Notes: a model not told the origin generated them from the sequence alone. A stretch of 64,000 nucleotides of DNA from Eubacteriales bacterium (GCA_045658185.1 JAZOUQ010000145.1:53247-117246), one strand, 5' to 3'. Counted from the stretch's first letter, positions 8,793 to 18,351 are shown. Made by a program: numbers and translations.

Positions 8793-10271
8793 TTACATGA
8801 ACTTGTAAACCGCCTCAAGCATCTCGTGACTTTCGATGGTAGTGCTAAAGTTTATTTTTCTCTGTGCAAGATTACGAAGGGGATAGGATATTTCAGTATT
8901 TGTAAATGCAGAAAGATCGTCAAGAGCACCCGTATCCGCGGAAGCCTTTTTATCGGTCAGTGCTTCAAATACGTCTGCTGCAAACTTATAAGGACTCGCA
9001 GTAGAAGCAACTATCATTTTCTTCTTATCTCCCGTGGCTTTCACGTATTGCTCAGCACAGCTAAGAGCAACTGCGGTATGAGTATCTGCAAGGTAATCAA
9101 AGTCATTGTAAAAATGCTTTATGGTATCACGGGTCATGTTTTCGTCTGCGAAATATCCAACGAAATTCTCGGTGATAAGCGACTTAACATCATCACTTAC
9201 GGTATAAACACCGTTCTCATTGAGCTGTTTCATATAATTTGCGGTATTCTCAGATCCTGCGGTGAAATACAGAAGTCTTTCAAGATTGCTGGAAATGAGA
9301 ATATCCATTGAAGGCGATATGGTTGCGTGGAACTTTCTGTTTCTATCATACGTACCTGTTGCAAGAAAATCGGTAAGCACATTATTATCGTTCGACGCAC
9401 ATATAAACTTGGAGAAGGGAAGTCCCATTTTCTTTGCAAGGTATGCGGCGAAAATATTTCCAAAGTTACCCGTAGGAACACAAACGTTTACATCATCACC
9501 GTACTTTATCTCACCGTTATTTATCATATCGCAGTATGCGGATACGTAGTAAACTATCTGAGGTGCAAGACGTCCCCAGTTTATAGAGTTTGCACTGGAG
9601 AGTATGTAGCCATTTTCAAGAAGCTTTGCTTTTGCTTCGTCGTTTGCAAATATCTTCTTAACTCCGCTTTGGGCATCGTCAAAGTTTCCTTTTATAGCAC
9701 AAACGTTTACGTTGTTTCCTGTTTGTGTTACCATTTGGAGCTTTTGTACGTTGCTTACACCGTCAACGGGGTAAAACACCATGATCTTTATGCCATCAAT
9801 ATCCTTGTAGCCTTCAAGAGCGGCTTTTCCAGTGTCTCCCGAGGTTGCAACAAGAATAAGTGCGGTGTTATCCTCTCCCGTTTTCACAAGAGCACGTGAA
9901 AGCAAACGAGGCATTATCTGAAGAGCCATATCCTTGAATGCGGCGGTAGGACCGTGCCACAGCTCCAATGAATATATGGTATCGTTAACCTTCTTTAACT
10001 GAGCCGCACCGCCGGGGAATGAATCCTCACAATATGCTTTTTTACAATCGTCAAGAAGCTCCTCATAGGTGTAATCAGTAAGAAACATCGAAAGAACGGT
10101 TGCGGCTCTTTCAGGATAGCTCATTGCACACATTTTTTCAATAACTTCTTGTGATATTGTAGGTACGGTGTCAGGTACAAACAATCCACCGTCTGCAGCA
10201 AGTCCTTTCTTAATGACCACAGCAGAATCAAAGCTTGTTTTTTGTGAATCTCTGGTACTAAAATACTTCAT
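8793..10271 (-). CDS. thrC: Threonine synthase (long form)
   Basis: PLP-lysine context TAAFKDMALQ, plus SGDTG and SANSINWGR. Confidence 0.9.
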   Translation of the reverse strand: MKYFSTRDSQKTSFDSAVVIKKGLAADGGLFVPDTVPTISQEVIEKMCAMSYPERAATVLSMFLTDYTYEELLDDCKKAYCEDSFPGGAAQLKKVNDTIYSLELWHGPTAAFKDMALQIMPRLLSRALVKTGEDNTALILVATSGDTGKAALEGYKDIDGIKIMVFYPVDGVSNVQKLQMVTQTGNNVNVCAIKGNFDDAQSGVKKIFANDEAKAKLLENGYILSSANSINWGRLAPQIVYYVSAYCDMINNGEIKYGDDVNVCVPTGNFGNIFAAYLAKKMGLPFSKFICASNDNNVLTDFLATGTYDRNRKFHATISPSMDILISSNLERLLYFTAGSENTANYMKQLNENGVYTVSDDVKSLITENFVGYFADENMTRDTIKHFYNDFDYLADTHTAVALSCAEQYVKATGDKKKMIVASTASPYKFAADVFEALTDKKASADTGALDDLSAFTNTEISYPLRNLAQRKINFSTTIESHEMLEAVYKFM

Positions 10272-10291
10272 TTGGATATTCCTTTCTTTTT

Positions 10292-10672
10292 CTATGCTCC
10301 AAAAGCATTTTCAATGTAGTTAATATGTATCAGATTGTGGGAATCCTTGTGAAGAAAGATTTCCACAACATCAAATCTTGGCTGTAATTTAGAGTATTTA
10401 CTGTTCCTTAGATAAACTCGAGCGGCTTCGACCGTTCGTTTTTGCTTTTTGTAATCTACGGCAGATGCCGGTGTTCCAAATGGCGAAGATAAATCATTGT
10501 CAGTGCTGCGAGTCTTTACTTCCACGAACACTATAAAAGATTTATTTTTAGCAATAATATCAATCTCGTTGTGCGACATATGAATATTTGTTGCAATTAT
10601 GCGGTATTTATTTTTCTTTAAGTATTTTGCCGCAATATTTTCTCCTATTTTGCCGATTTCAACGGTTTTCAT
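10292..10672 (-). CDS. YraN family (UPF0102) endonuclease-like protein
   Basis: GENIAAKYL...NEIDIIA...VFVEVKTR. It overlaps the rnhB stop by 4 nt. Confidence 0.8.
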   Translation of the reverse strand: MKTVEIGKIGENIAAKYLKKNKYRIIATNIHMSHNEIDIIAKNKSFIVFVEVKTRSTDNDLSSPFGTPASAVDYKKQKRTVEAARVYLRNSKYSKLQPRFDVVEIFLHKDSHNLIHINYIENAFGA

Positions 10673-11277
10673 TTTTTATCTCCGTCAAGAAATCTTATAA
10701 ATTTTGTTCTGTGTATTGGTGCAGGTCCGTATTTTCTAAGAGCTTCCATATGTACCTTTGTACCATAGCCTTTATGCTTGGCTATTCCGTACATTGGATA
10801 TTGGGCATCCAATTCCGCACACAGACGGTCACGTGTGACCTTGGCAAGAATAGAAGCTGCCGCAATAGACGGTGAAATAGCATCTCCATGTACTACCGGT
10901 TTTGCTTCAACAGAAAATCCTCGTGCGATATTTCCGTCTATTAACGCAAAATCTGCTTTGACGTTCAATGAATCCACAGCACGATGCATAGCATCAAGTG
11001 TTGCTTCGAGTATGTTAGTCTGATTTATTTGCTCGACCGTTCCATAAGTTATTGAATAGGCTACGGCGTTTTCGCAAATTATATCAAACAACAATTCACG
11101 TTTCTTTTCGGTCAGTTTTTTAGAATCATTCAGCCCCTCGATATAGATACCGCAGGGAAGTATGACCGCGGCAGCTACAACAGGCCCACACAAAGGACCA
11201 CGCCCCGCCTCATCGACTCCGCATACATATTCATAGCCTTTATCGATAAGCTCTTGTTCAAGAGTATAATCAAGCAT
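10669..11277 (-). CDS. rnhB: Ribonuclease HII
   Basis: GVDEAGRGPLCGPVVAAAV, DSKKL and the ylqF-rnhB gene order. Confidence 0.9.
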   Translation of the reverse strand: MLDYTLEQELIDKGYEYVCGVDEAGRGPLCGPVVAAAVILPCGIYIEGLNDSKKLTEKKRELLFDIICENAVAYSITYGTVEQINQTNILEATLDAMHRAVDSLNVKADFALIDGNIARGFSVEAKPVVHGDAISPSIAAASILAKVTRDRLCAELDAQYPMYGIAKHKGYGTKVHMEALRKYGPAPIHRTKFIRFLDGDKK

Positions 11278-11280
11278 AAA

Positions 11281-12147
11281 TTACTCCTTACAGTCAAGTG
11301 ATATTCTACCGATTTTTGCGGATCTGTACTCGTCGATAAGCATATTGGCTGTTCTTTCGGTGTCAATTTCTCCACCGGAAATAAGGTGTCCGCGTTTTCT
11401 TCCTACAAGGCATAAAAGGTCGTAATCATTGACTTCTGACTCATCAGGAAGCTCGGTAAGCTTATATCTTTGCATAAAAAGCTGCGGATACATATTTCTG
11501 AGACGTCCGCAAAGAGCAGATGCAATCGTTTCAATGTCCAATACGTCGTCCTTTATAGCTCCGGTTATTGCTAAATTTTCTCCTACGGTACGCTCATCGA
11601 ACTTGGGCCAAAGAACACCCGGCATATCAAGTAATTGAACGCCAATGTTTGTGCTTACCCATTGTTTATCCAACGTAACACCGGGACGGTTTTCGACCTT
11701 TGCCTTTTTTGTTCCGCAAAGCTTGTTTATGAGTGATGATTTTCCGACGTTGGGAATACCCACGACCATAACCTTTATGGGTCTGCCGTGCATACCCTTT
11801 TCTTCATAACGAGAGATCTTATCTCCACACAATTCCTTAAGTGCAGGTGCTATTTTTGATATGCCTTGACCGCTTATGCAATCGGTTTCAATACATTTTG
11901 TAGTTTCGTTGCTGAATTTCTTTGACCAAAAAGCCGTAATTTCAGGGTCGGCAAGGGATGCCTTGTTTAAAAGCAGTAGCATTGGTTTTCCTGCACAAAG
12001 CTTGCTTATTTCCGGATTTCGTGAGCTGTATGGTATTCTTGCGTCGAGTATCTCTATTACCGCATCTACGCTTTTTAAATTTTCTGTAATGAGGCGTCTG
12101 GTTTTTGCCATATGCCCCGGGAACCATTGTATTACCTGTGATGGCAT
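11281..12147 (-). CDS. rbgA: Ribosome biogenesis GTPase A (YlqF/RbgA)
   Basis: IQWFPGHMAK and circularly permuted G motifs (LNKASL ... GIPNVGKSS). Confidence 0.9.
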   Translation of the reverse strand: MPSQVIQWFPGHMAKTRRLITENLKSVDAVIEILDARIPYSSRNPEISKLCAGKPMLLLLNKASLADPEITAFWSKKFSNETTKCIETDCISGQGISKIAPALKELCGDKISRYEEKGMHGRPIKVMVVGIPNVGKSSLINKLCGTKKAKVENRPGVTLDKQWVSTNIGVQLLDMPGVLWPKFDERTVGENLAITGAIKDDVLDIETIASALCGRLRNMYPQLFMQRYKLTELPDESEVNDYDLLCLVGRKRGHLISGGEIDTERTANMLIDEYRSAKIGRISLDCKE

Positions 12148-12165
12148 TACCTTCTCCTTAAATCG

Positions 12166-12798
12166 TTATTTTATTATTCCTATTTTGGACATTGGAGAAA
12201 TACGTAAATAAACCTTTCCCAAGACACTTCTTTCGTCTACATATCCTATGGTGGAATATCGACTGTCTAATGACGCTCTGCGATTGTCACCCAAAACGAA
12301 TAGCTTTCCTTCGGGAACTACATATGTTTGAACACCGTTGAAAGAATCAATTTTATAGGGGTCAAAGAACACATACTCTTCCTCTAAAACCTGTGTTTCT
12401 CCATCCTTGCTTGTGACCGTAACGGTTTGGGCATTGTTATCGATAACAACCGTATCACCGGCGATACCGATAACTCTTTTTACCAGCGGCTTGTTGTTTT
12501 TTCCTTCGGAAGTTCCGTCGTTGTTATGAAAAACGATTACATCTTGTCGTTGGGGAGTGTAGAAAGCATCGGAAATGAGCAACAGCTCTGTATTGTGAAG
12601 AGTGTTATTCATAGAATCTCCGTCAACAGTACATGTTCTGGTGAAGATCGTAAACAACAACATTACAGCAAAGATAGCTACAACGATTATTTCAATATAG
12701 TCTATCAAATTACTGGCTGGGTTTGTTTTATTTTTTGAAACGACAACCGTTTCGTCAACCAATTCTTCATTGGTGCACTCGTTTTTGTTTTCGTTCAT
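12166..12798 (-). CDS. lepB: Signal peptidase I
   Basis: GDSMNNTL, VKRVIGIAGD and GDNRRASLDSR boxes, with an N-terminal TM segment. Confidence 0.85.
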   Translation of the reverse strand: MNENKNECTNEELVDETVVVSKNKTNPASNLIDYIEIIVVAIFAVMLLFTIFTRTCTVDGDSMNNTLHNTELLLISDAFYTPQRQDVIVFHNNDGTSEGKNNKPLVKRVIGIAGDTVVIDNNAQTVTVTSKDGETQVLEEEYVFFDPYKIDSFNGVQTYVVPEGKLFVLGDNRRASLDSRYSTIGYVDERSVLGKVYLRISPMSKIGIIK

Positions 12799-12819
12799 AT
12801 TACTTAATTACCTCAAAAA

Positions 12820-14034
12820 TCAGTTTTGAGTTAAAATATCCATAAGGGTATATCCTGCAGATACGTAGAAATTCATTTTTTTAGCAGTAAACTCATCAAA
12901 CGTATCGCAACCTACCTTGCTTTCTTTCGAAGAATATATAAAGAAGGGAACAGGGTCAATAGTATGTGTTCTCTTAACTACGGGCGTAGGATGGTCGGGA
13001 AGCACCATAATTTTGAAATCGTCGCCGCAATTTTTAAGATATTCATAAACCGGAGTAAGTATTTTACTGTCTATAAGCTCAATAGATTTTACTTTGTTTT
13101 CCGTTTCTGCTCTGTGACCGCATTCGTCAGGTCCTTCAACGTGAACGTAGACAAGATCCTTTCCGCTTTCAAATGCGTCTATTGTAGCTTGAGCTTTACC
13201 GTCATAGTTGGTATGTACGTTACCCGTTGCACCATCCACGTCAATAGAAGCCATTTCCGCACAAAGTCCGATTCCCTTAATAAGATCCACCGCTGAAATA
13301 ACCGCAGCATCAAGACCCCATTTTGCTTTAAAGGAGGGAAGCTGAGGCTTCTTTCCGGGACTCCAAAGCCAAGCGGAGTTAGCAGGCTTTAAGCCTCTTG
13401 CTTTTCTCGCAATGTTAACCGGATGGTCTTTAAGTATATCATACGATTTTTTCATAAGTTCAAGAAATTCTGCACCACCATCCTCTACACGGGGGAGATA
13501 TTCTCCGATACGCTTACCGAGTATATCGTGAGGACGCATGAAGTTATACTTATCATCGCTGTTCTTCCAAATAAGACAATGACGGTAACTTACACCTGTA
13601 TAGAACTTTCTGAACTCATTACCCATTTCGGCTTCAAGAGTTTTGATAAGCTGATCAGCTTCTTCGGTGGTTATTTCGTCAGCACTGTGATCAACTATTA
13701 TTCTATCCTCGTAGTTTTCTTGTTCCTCGGTAAGAGTAACAACGTTACATCTGTAAGCTGTTTCATCGGGCTTCATTTCGATTCCCATACTTACAGCTTC
13801 AAGAGGGGAACGACCTTTGGAATAAACCTTAGGATCGAAGGACAGTATTGCCATATTAGCAGTATCGCTTTCGGGAACCATTCCTTCGGGCACATTGGAA
13901 ACTGTGCCAACCAATGATTTTGACGCAAGTTCGTCCATCATAGGTTTACGTGCTTTTTGCATAGGAGTGAGATCTCCAAGTTCCTTTATGGGTGTATCAG
14001 CCATTCCGTCAGGAATAAGTATCAAATATTTCAT
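12820..14034 (-). CDS. Archaeal-type cofactor-independent phosphoglycerate mutase family protein (ApgM / proposed homoserine kinase clade)
   Basis: MKYLILIPDGMAD and GPDECGH metal-site motifs, at about 404 aa as is typical of the family. Confidence 0.8.
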   Translation of the reverse strand: MKYLILIPDGMADTPIKELGDLTPMQKARKPMMDELASKSLVGTVSNVPEGMVPESDTANMAILSFDPKVYSKGRSPLEAVSMGIEMKPDETAYRCNVVTLTEEQENYEDRIIVDHSADEITTEEADQLIKTLEAEMGNEFRKFYTGVSYRHCLIWKNSDDKYNFMRPHDILGKRIGEYLPRVEDGGAEFLELMKKSYDILKDHPVNIARKARGLKPANSAWLWSPGKKPQLPSFKAKWGLDAAVISAVDLIKGIGLCAEMASIDVDGATGNVHTNYDGKAQATIDAFESGKDLVYVHVEGPDECGHRAETENKVKSIELIDSKILTPVYEYLKNCGDDFKIMVLPDHPTPVVKRTHTIDPVPFFIYSSKESKVGCDTFDEFTAKKMNFYVSAGYTLMDILTQN

Positions 14035-14207
14035 TTTTGCAACCTCTGTATAACATAAAATTTCATTTTATTATATCACATAATGGTTTGTTTTACAATA
14101 AATTTTGATATTTTTTAATAAAAATTTAAATAAAAATTCTCCAAAAACATTGAAAAAATCTGATATATATGTTAAGATAATGTCATACATAGTTTTTGGA
14201 GGAAAAA

Positions 14208-14855
14208 ATGCGACAAAATTTGTTAAAAGAAGGGAAGTCCAAAAATAATAATCCCAAAAAGAGATTGATTATAATAATCTTATCAATCATCGGTGCTATA
14301 TTAGTGTTAGGCATAGCTTCGATAATTATTGACTCACTTGAAAAAGAAGAAGAATTTGTAGTTGATTACAATTTCTATCCCGCAGATTTTAACGAAAATA
14401 TATTTGAAGATGCAGAATATCTTGATCTTGTATCCGCAGAATTTATAACGTATACCGATAGCTCCACTAATATCACGGTGGGAATCGATAGAGATAAAGC
14501 GGGAGAACACGGTACGGGAGTTAAATTTTTGGTGGATATGATCTATGATATAATAAACGGTGATCACGAAGCCTATAATGCAAGATTTAGTGATTCGTAT
14601 TACAAAAAACATTCACCTAAAGAAAGCTTTACAATGCAAAAGGTTTATGACGTAAATATCACTTACGTATCGTCGGAAAGTGGTAACGATTATACAAAAT
14701 CATTGTATACATTGGAGTATAAAATATTAGAGAACAACGGTACATTCCGTAAAGATATCGGTGCAGGATCAAAAAAACAGTATTTCACACTAATAACAAC
14801 AGGAGACAAGATTCTTGTTGACTCTGTAACCACGGTAAACTCAGCGAAAAAATAA
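14208..14855 (+). CDS. Hypothetical N-terminally membrane-anchored protein
   Basis: GGAGG lies 6 nt before the ATG at 14208. One TM segment (LIIIILSIIGAILVLGIASIII) is followed by a soluble domain with no motif I recognise. Confidence 0.5.
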   Translation: MRQNLLKEGKSKNNNPKKRLIIIILSIIGAILVLGIASIIIDSLEKEEEFVVDYNFYPADFNENIFEDAEYLDLVSAEFITYTDSSTNITVGIDRDKAGEHGTGVKFLVDMIYDIINGDHEAYNARFSDSYYKKHSPKESFTMQKVYDVNITYVSSESGNDYTKSLYTLEYKILENNGTFRKDIGAGSKKQYFTLITTGDKILVDSVTTVNSAKK

Positions 14856-14880
14856 AAACCGCCGCAATTTGCGGCGGTTT
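14856..14880. terminator. Bidirectional terminator
   Basis: aaaccgccgc/gcggcggttt stem with a 5-nt loop and A/T runs on both sides. Confidence 0.7.
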
Positions 14881-14890
14881 AATATAAAAA

Positions 14891-15322
14891 TTACTGAATG
14901 CTGTCAACTATTTCGTGAACCCACTTGAGAATATCAGCTTTTTCTTCGTCAGTAAATTTACCAGCCAAGAAAGGAAGTCCACCGATTTTAATATACTTAA
15001 TATTGTCAATGTAATTGGTACCGGTCTGCTTCAGTACGTCAGCGATGCACGTAGCGATTTTTTCATCACCGTCTACAAGAAGAGCGACGTTCTGAGCCTT
15101 GTTCTTTTTAAGCTCAAAGCAGAAACGACGAAGCACGTCATCAGGCTCATTCTTACCTGAAATAGCAAGAATTACAAGACGCTCATTCTCGCAAGAATAT
15201 GCAGGGGGAATGATATCGATAGCGTTAGCTTGACCCAGCTCGAATTCAGCCTGAACAGCGGCAGCTATAGATTTCATTTTAGCCTTTCCCGAATAGTACA
15301 AAAATCTCATTTTGAGTGCCAT
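14891..15322 (-). CDS. Hypothetical protein (flavodoxin-like alternating pattern, no recognisable cofactor motif)
   Basis: GGAGG lies 5 nt before the ATG (MALKM...). It is compact at 143 aa. Confidence 0.45.
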   Translation of the reverse strand: MALKMRFLYYSGKAKMKSIAAAVQAEFELGQANAIDIIPPAYSCENERLVILAISGKNEPDDVLRRFCFELKKNKAQNVALLVDGDEKIATCIADVLKQTGTNYIDNIKYIKIGGLPFLAGKFTDEEKADILKWVHEIVDSIQ

Positions 15323-15527
15323 AAAAACCTCCAAAGGAATAATATTGATTCGATAGCACTATTATATCACACTTAAAAGAAAAAGTAATAAACTTTTTGT
15401 AAATTATTGATGTTAAAAAGAGATTTTTATCTTAACTGATATAAAATATCCCCAAAAAATAGAAAAGTGGAGCATTCCTGCCTTTATAACCGTAGAATTT
15501 GTCTACGGATTTCAAGATAAATGTAAT

Positions 15528-15592
15528 TATACAAAATGCAAATTTTGTATAATTGAGGGAATTGAAAAATATAGATTACATTTGTTCATTAT
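15528..15592. promoter_or_regulatory. Nested inverted repeats in a divergent promoter region
   Basis: Perfect 13-bp arms aattatacaaaat/attttgtataatt (15534-15546 / 15551-15563) and perfect outer 9-bp arms aaatgtaat/attacattt (15528-15536 / 15584-15592). Each inner arm contains a TATAAT on one strand. Confidence 0.4.
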
Positions 15593-15607
15593 AAGGATAG
15601 TTCTGTT

Positions 15608-16345
15608 ATGGCTTTTATTGACTTTGACACAGTAGTTATCTATGACGTAACCATTGATGATAAAGTTCGTTTTGAAAACAAAAAACTACCTGATTTATTG
15701 CAATATCTATGCAGTATCGGAATTAAAAAAATTATTTTTCTTTATGACGCACCGTCTTCGCTAAATCAAAGTGAAAATTTTATAAAAAGAAAATCTGTTA
15801 AGCACTTTCTCAAACAAATGCGTCCCCGAGGTATGTCCTTTTATGTTGCACCGAACGTAAAACTAACTACGGATAAATTAAAACGCTCGGATATAAAAAG
15901 CTTTACTCTTTATAACTCCAATAAAATATTTTTACAACTCCCCACAGGAATATCGGATATTCGCATACGAGAACATATTGATATGATTCATTCAAAACAT
16001 ATGATTCCTGTATTCACCGCGTTTGAGCAGGACTGCTTTAGCACTCGTTTTCAAACCATTAAGGACGATTTTATTCCAAGATTGTTATGGATGAAAAAAG
16101 CATATTTTTGTCTGGACATCAGACAAATGTCTTACAGAAAGAATTGGATATATATGAGTAAAATTTTAGACAATTATAACGCTAAAATATTACCGTGTAT
16201 ATCTATCGACCCTAATAAATACAGATACACTCCGACCGTTACGGATCTATACGCACTTATGCGTAAACGAATTGGGGATAAAAAATATTTGGAATTTTGT
16301 AAGCACATAAATGAATCTACAAAATCATTTTTTGACGACTTGTGA
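15608..16345 (+). CDS. CpsB/PHP-like protein with degenerate metal-binding residues (putative pseudo-phosphatase)
   Basis: Its length (245 aa) and block order resemble CpsB: IDFDTV for IDIHSH, YVAPNVKLTTDKLKR for YGAEIYYTPDVLDKLEK, and IPVFTAFEQ for TPVIAHIERY. This comparison is from memory. Confidence 0.4.
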   Translation: MAFIDFDTVVIYDVTIDDKVRFENKKLPDLLQYLCSIGIKKIIFLYDAPSSLNQSENFIKRKSVKHFLKQMRPRGMSFYVAPNVKLTTDKLKRSDIKSFTLYNSNKIFLQLPTGISDIRIREHIDMIHSKHMIPVFTAFEQDCFSTRFQTIKDDFIPRLLWMKKAYFCLDIRQMSYRKNWIYMSKILDNYNAKILPCISIDPNKYRYTPTVTDLYALMRKRIGDKKYLEFCKHINESTKSFFDDL

Positions 16346-16603
16346 TTCTTTCATCATATTGTATTTTTTTCTGGTTGCTTCCCCGCCTCTTAAATGCCGT
16401 TCTTGCTTATTTACAGCAAGTATTTGTTGTGCTTTATAGTAAAGCGGTTTATTTATTTTTTTTAAGTTTTGAGTAATATCCTTATGTACTGTGCTTTTAC
16501 TTATTCCAAAATGAGCTGCAACGGCACGTACGGTGGAATTATTGTCAACAAGATATGTTGCGAGTAGCACACAGCGCTCCTTTCCGGATGAAAAATACAT
16601 CAT
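16325..16603 (-). CDS. spoIIID: Sporulation transcriptional regulator SpoIIID
   Basis: TVRAVAAHFGISKSTVHKDIT...ERHLRGGEATRKKY matches the SpoIIID HTH and C-terminal basic region. The start is set at the ATG 8 nt after GGAGA, giving 92 aa. Confidence 0.85.
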   Translation of the reverse strand: MMYFSSGKERCVLLATYLVDNNSTVRAVAAHFGISKSTVHKDITQNLKKINKPLYYKAQQILAVNKQERHLRGGEATRKKYNMMKESQVVKK

Positions 16604-16682
16604 AATAACGTTCTCCATTCATTTGTTCTGTACAAATATATGATACGTTACTGTATTTTATTAACTTTATTGAGGATTAATT

Positions 16683-17459
16683 ATGTTAAAAGAAAATTTA
16701 AAGTTTGAAAATTGCGATATATTTGAAGGTATGCCGTCAATATCGGCGGTTATCAGATCTATTGATTTAAACAAAAGCGACCGTCGTGTGGTCAAGGTGC
16801 TAATTGACGAAGAAAAGAAAAGATCTAAAGCCAAGGAAATATCCTTTTTGAATGTTAAATCTAAGCAAATGGGTTTTCCTATTGAATTTGTTACGTCAGC
16901 CGTCATTTCTGATATGGTTATTGGTACTACGCACGGAGGAATAATTGCCGAATGTACGCAAAGAACTCCTGCAAAATTATCAGCCGAGCTTATCAAGCCT
17001 TGTGGCGTATATTACTTGTTGGACGGCATAGAAGATCCATACAATTTTGGCAATGCATTGAGATCATTATATGCCGCCGGAGCGGACGGACTTGTTGTCG
17101 GTGAGCGAAATTGGTTTGGGGTGGCGGGTGTTGTTGCACGTTCGTCAGCGGGTGCATCCGAGCTTATCGACTCATACGTCTGTGATACGGTTGAGGCTGT
17201 GAAAATTTTCAAAAGCTTGAATTATAAAATCGTATGTGCGGGAATCAGAGATTCGGTTTCATTATTTGAAGCGGATCTGTCAAAGCCTATGCTGGTGGTT
17301 CTTGGCGGTGAAAAAAGAGGTATTTCACGCTCGATTCTTGATTTGGCCGATCAAATAGTCAGAATAGAATACGGAACCGATTTTAAAGGGTCGCTTTCCG
17401 CATCAGCATCAGCTTCTGTTTTTGCGTTTGAAATTTTAAGACATAATTTGAAAAAATAA
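16683..17459 (+). CDS. TrmH/SpoU family RNA 2'-O-methyltransferase (RlmB-like)
   Basis: DGIEDPYNFGNALRS and LGGEKRGIS...SLSASASASV SpoU motifs. Confidence 0.8.
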   Translation: MLKENLKFENCDIFEGMPSISAVIRSIDLNKSDRRVVKVLIDEEKKRSKAKEISFLNVKSKQMGFPIEFVTSAVISDMVIGTTHGGIIAECTQRTPAKLSAELIKPCGVYYLLDGIEDPYNFGNALRSLYAAGADGLVVGERNWFGVAGVVARSSAGASELIDSYVCDTVEAVKIFKSLNYKIVCAGIRDSVSLFEADLSKPMLVVLGGEKRGISRSILDLADQIVRIEYGTDFKGSLSASASASVFAFEILRHNLKK

Positions 17460-17541
17460 TAAAATAACGGATAACTATTTATTGTTTGTTAAAATATTTT
17501 TGTTATAATATATGTAGTTTAAGTTATTTTTGGAGTATTTT

Positions 17542-18351
17542 ATGAGTTATAAATTTGCTGTAATCGGTGTTGGAAATATGGCAAGGGCCGTTATTTCGGG
17601 AATACAAAAAAATCCTGATAAAATTTCAGAAATACACCTGTTTGATATGAATACCGATCAATATAATAGACTTGAAGTTGGTGCATGTCCATATTTTGTT
17701 CACAATTCGATTATGGAAACGGTAAGCGTATGCGATTGTGTTTTGCTTTCGGTAAAACCGCAGAATTTCCCCGAGGTTTTAAATGAAATATCGAAGACAG
17801 ATGGATATAAAAATAAGCTGTATATCACTATTGCGGCAGGAATATCTGTAAAAACGGTTTCCGATTCCCTTGGTGGAGCTGACGTTGTCAGGGTATTGCC
17901 CAACCTTCCTATGACCATTGGAGAAGGTGTTTCCGTGATATGCAAAAACCCTAGCATAAGCGGCGAAGATTTTTCTTTTGTCACTTCCCTTTTTGCTTCT
18001 TCGGGAAGTACACTTATCATTGATGAAAATGATATGAACAAAACAATAGGTGTTACTTCGTCATCTCCCGCATACGTATTTAAATTTATTGATTCTATAT
18101 GCCAGGGTGCGGCAGCACAGGGCTTGGACTACGAGCAGGTTTTAGACGCAGTTTGCGACGTTTTTATAGGCTCTGCTATGTTGCTCAAGCAATCAGGAGA
18201 ATCTCCCCAGATGTTGATTTCTCGCGTATGCTCCAAGGGCGGAACTACCGAACGTGCAATCAATAAATTAAATGAAGCTGACGTTGACAAAATTATCACA
18301 GAAGCTATGATTGCTTGTACTCAGCGCGCGGACGAGTTAGGAAAGCTGTAA
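17542..18351 (+). CDS. proC: Pyrroline-5-carboxylate reductase
   Basis: N-terminal IGVGNMA Rossmann motif and C-terminal CSKGGTTERAI. Confidence 0.9.
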   Translation: MSYKFAVIGVGNMARAVISGIQKNPDKISEIHLFDMNTDQYNRLEVGACPYFVHNSIMETVSVCDCVLLSVKPQNFPEVLNEISKTDGYKNKLYITIAAGISVKTVSDSLGGADVVRVLPNLPMTIGEGVSVICKNPSISGEDFSFVTSLFASSGSTLIIDENDMNKTIGVTSSSPAYVFKFIDSICQGAAAQGLDYEQVLDAVCDVFIGSAMLLKQSGESPQMLISRVCSKGGTTERAINKLNEADVDKIITEAMIACTQRADELGKL

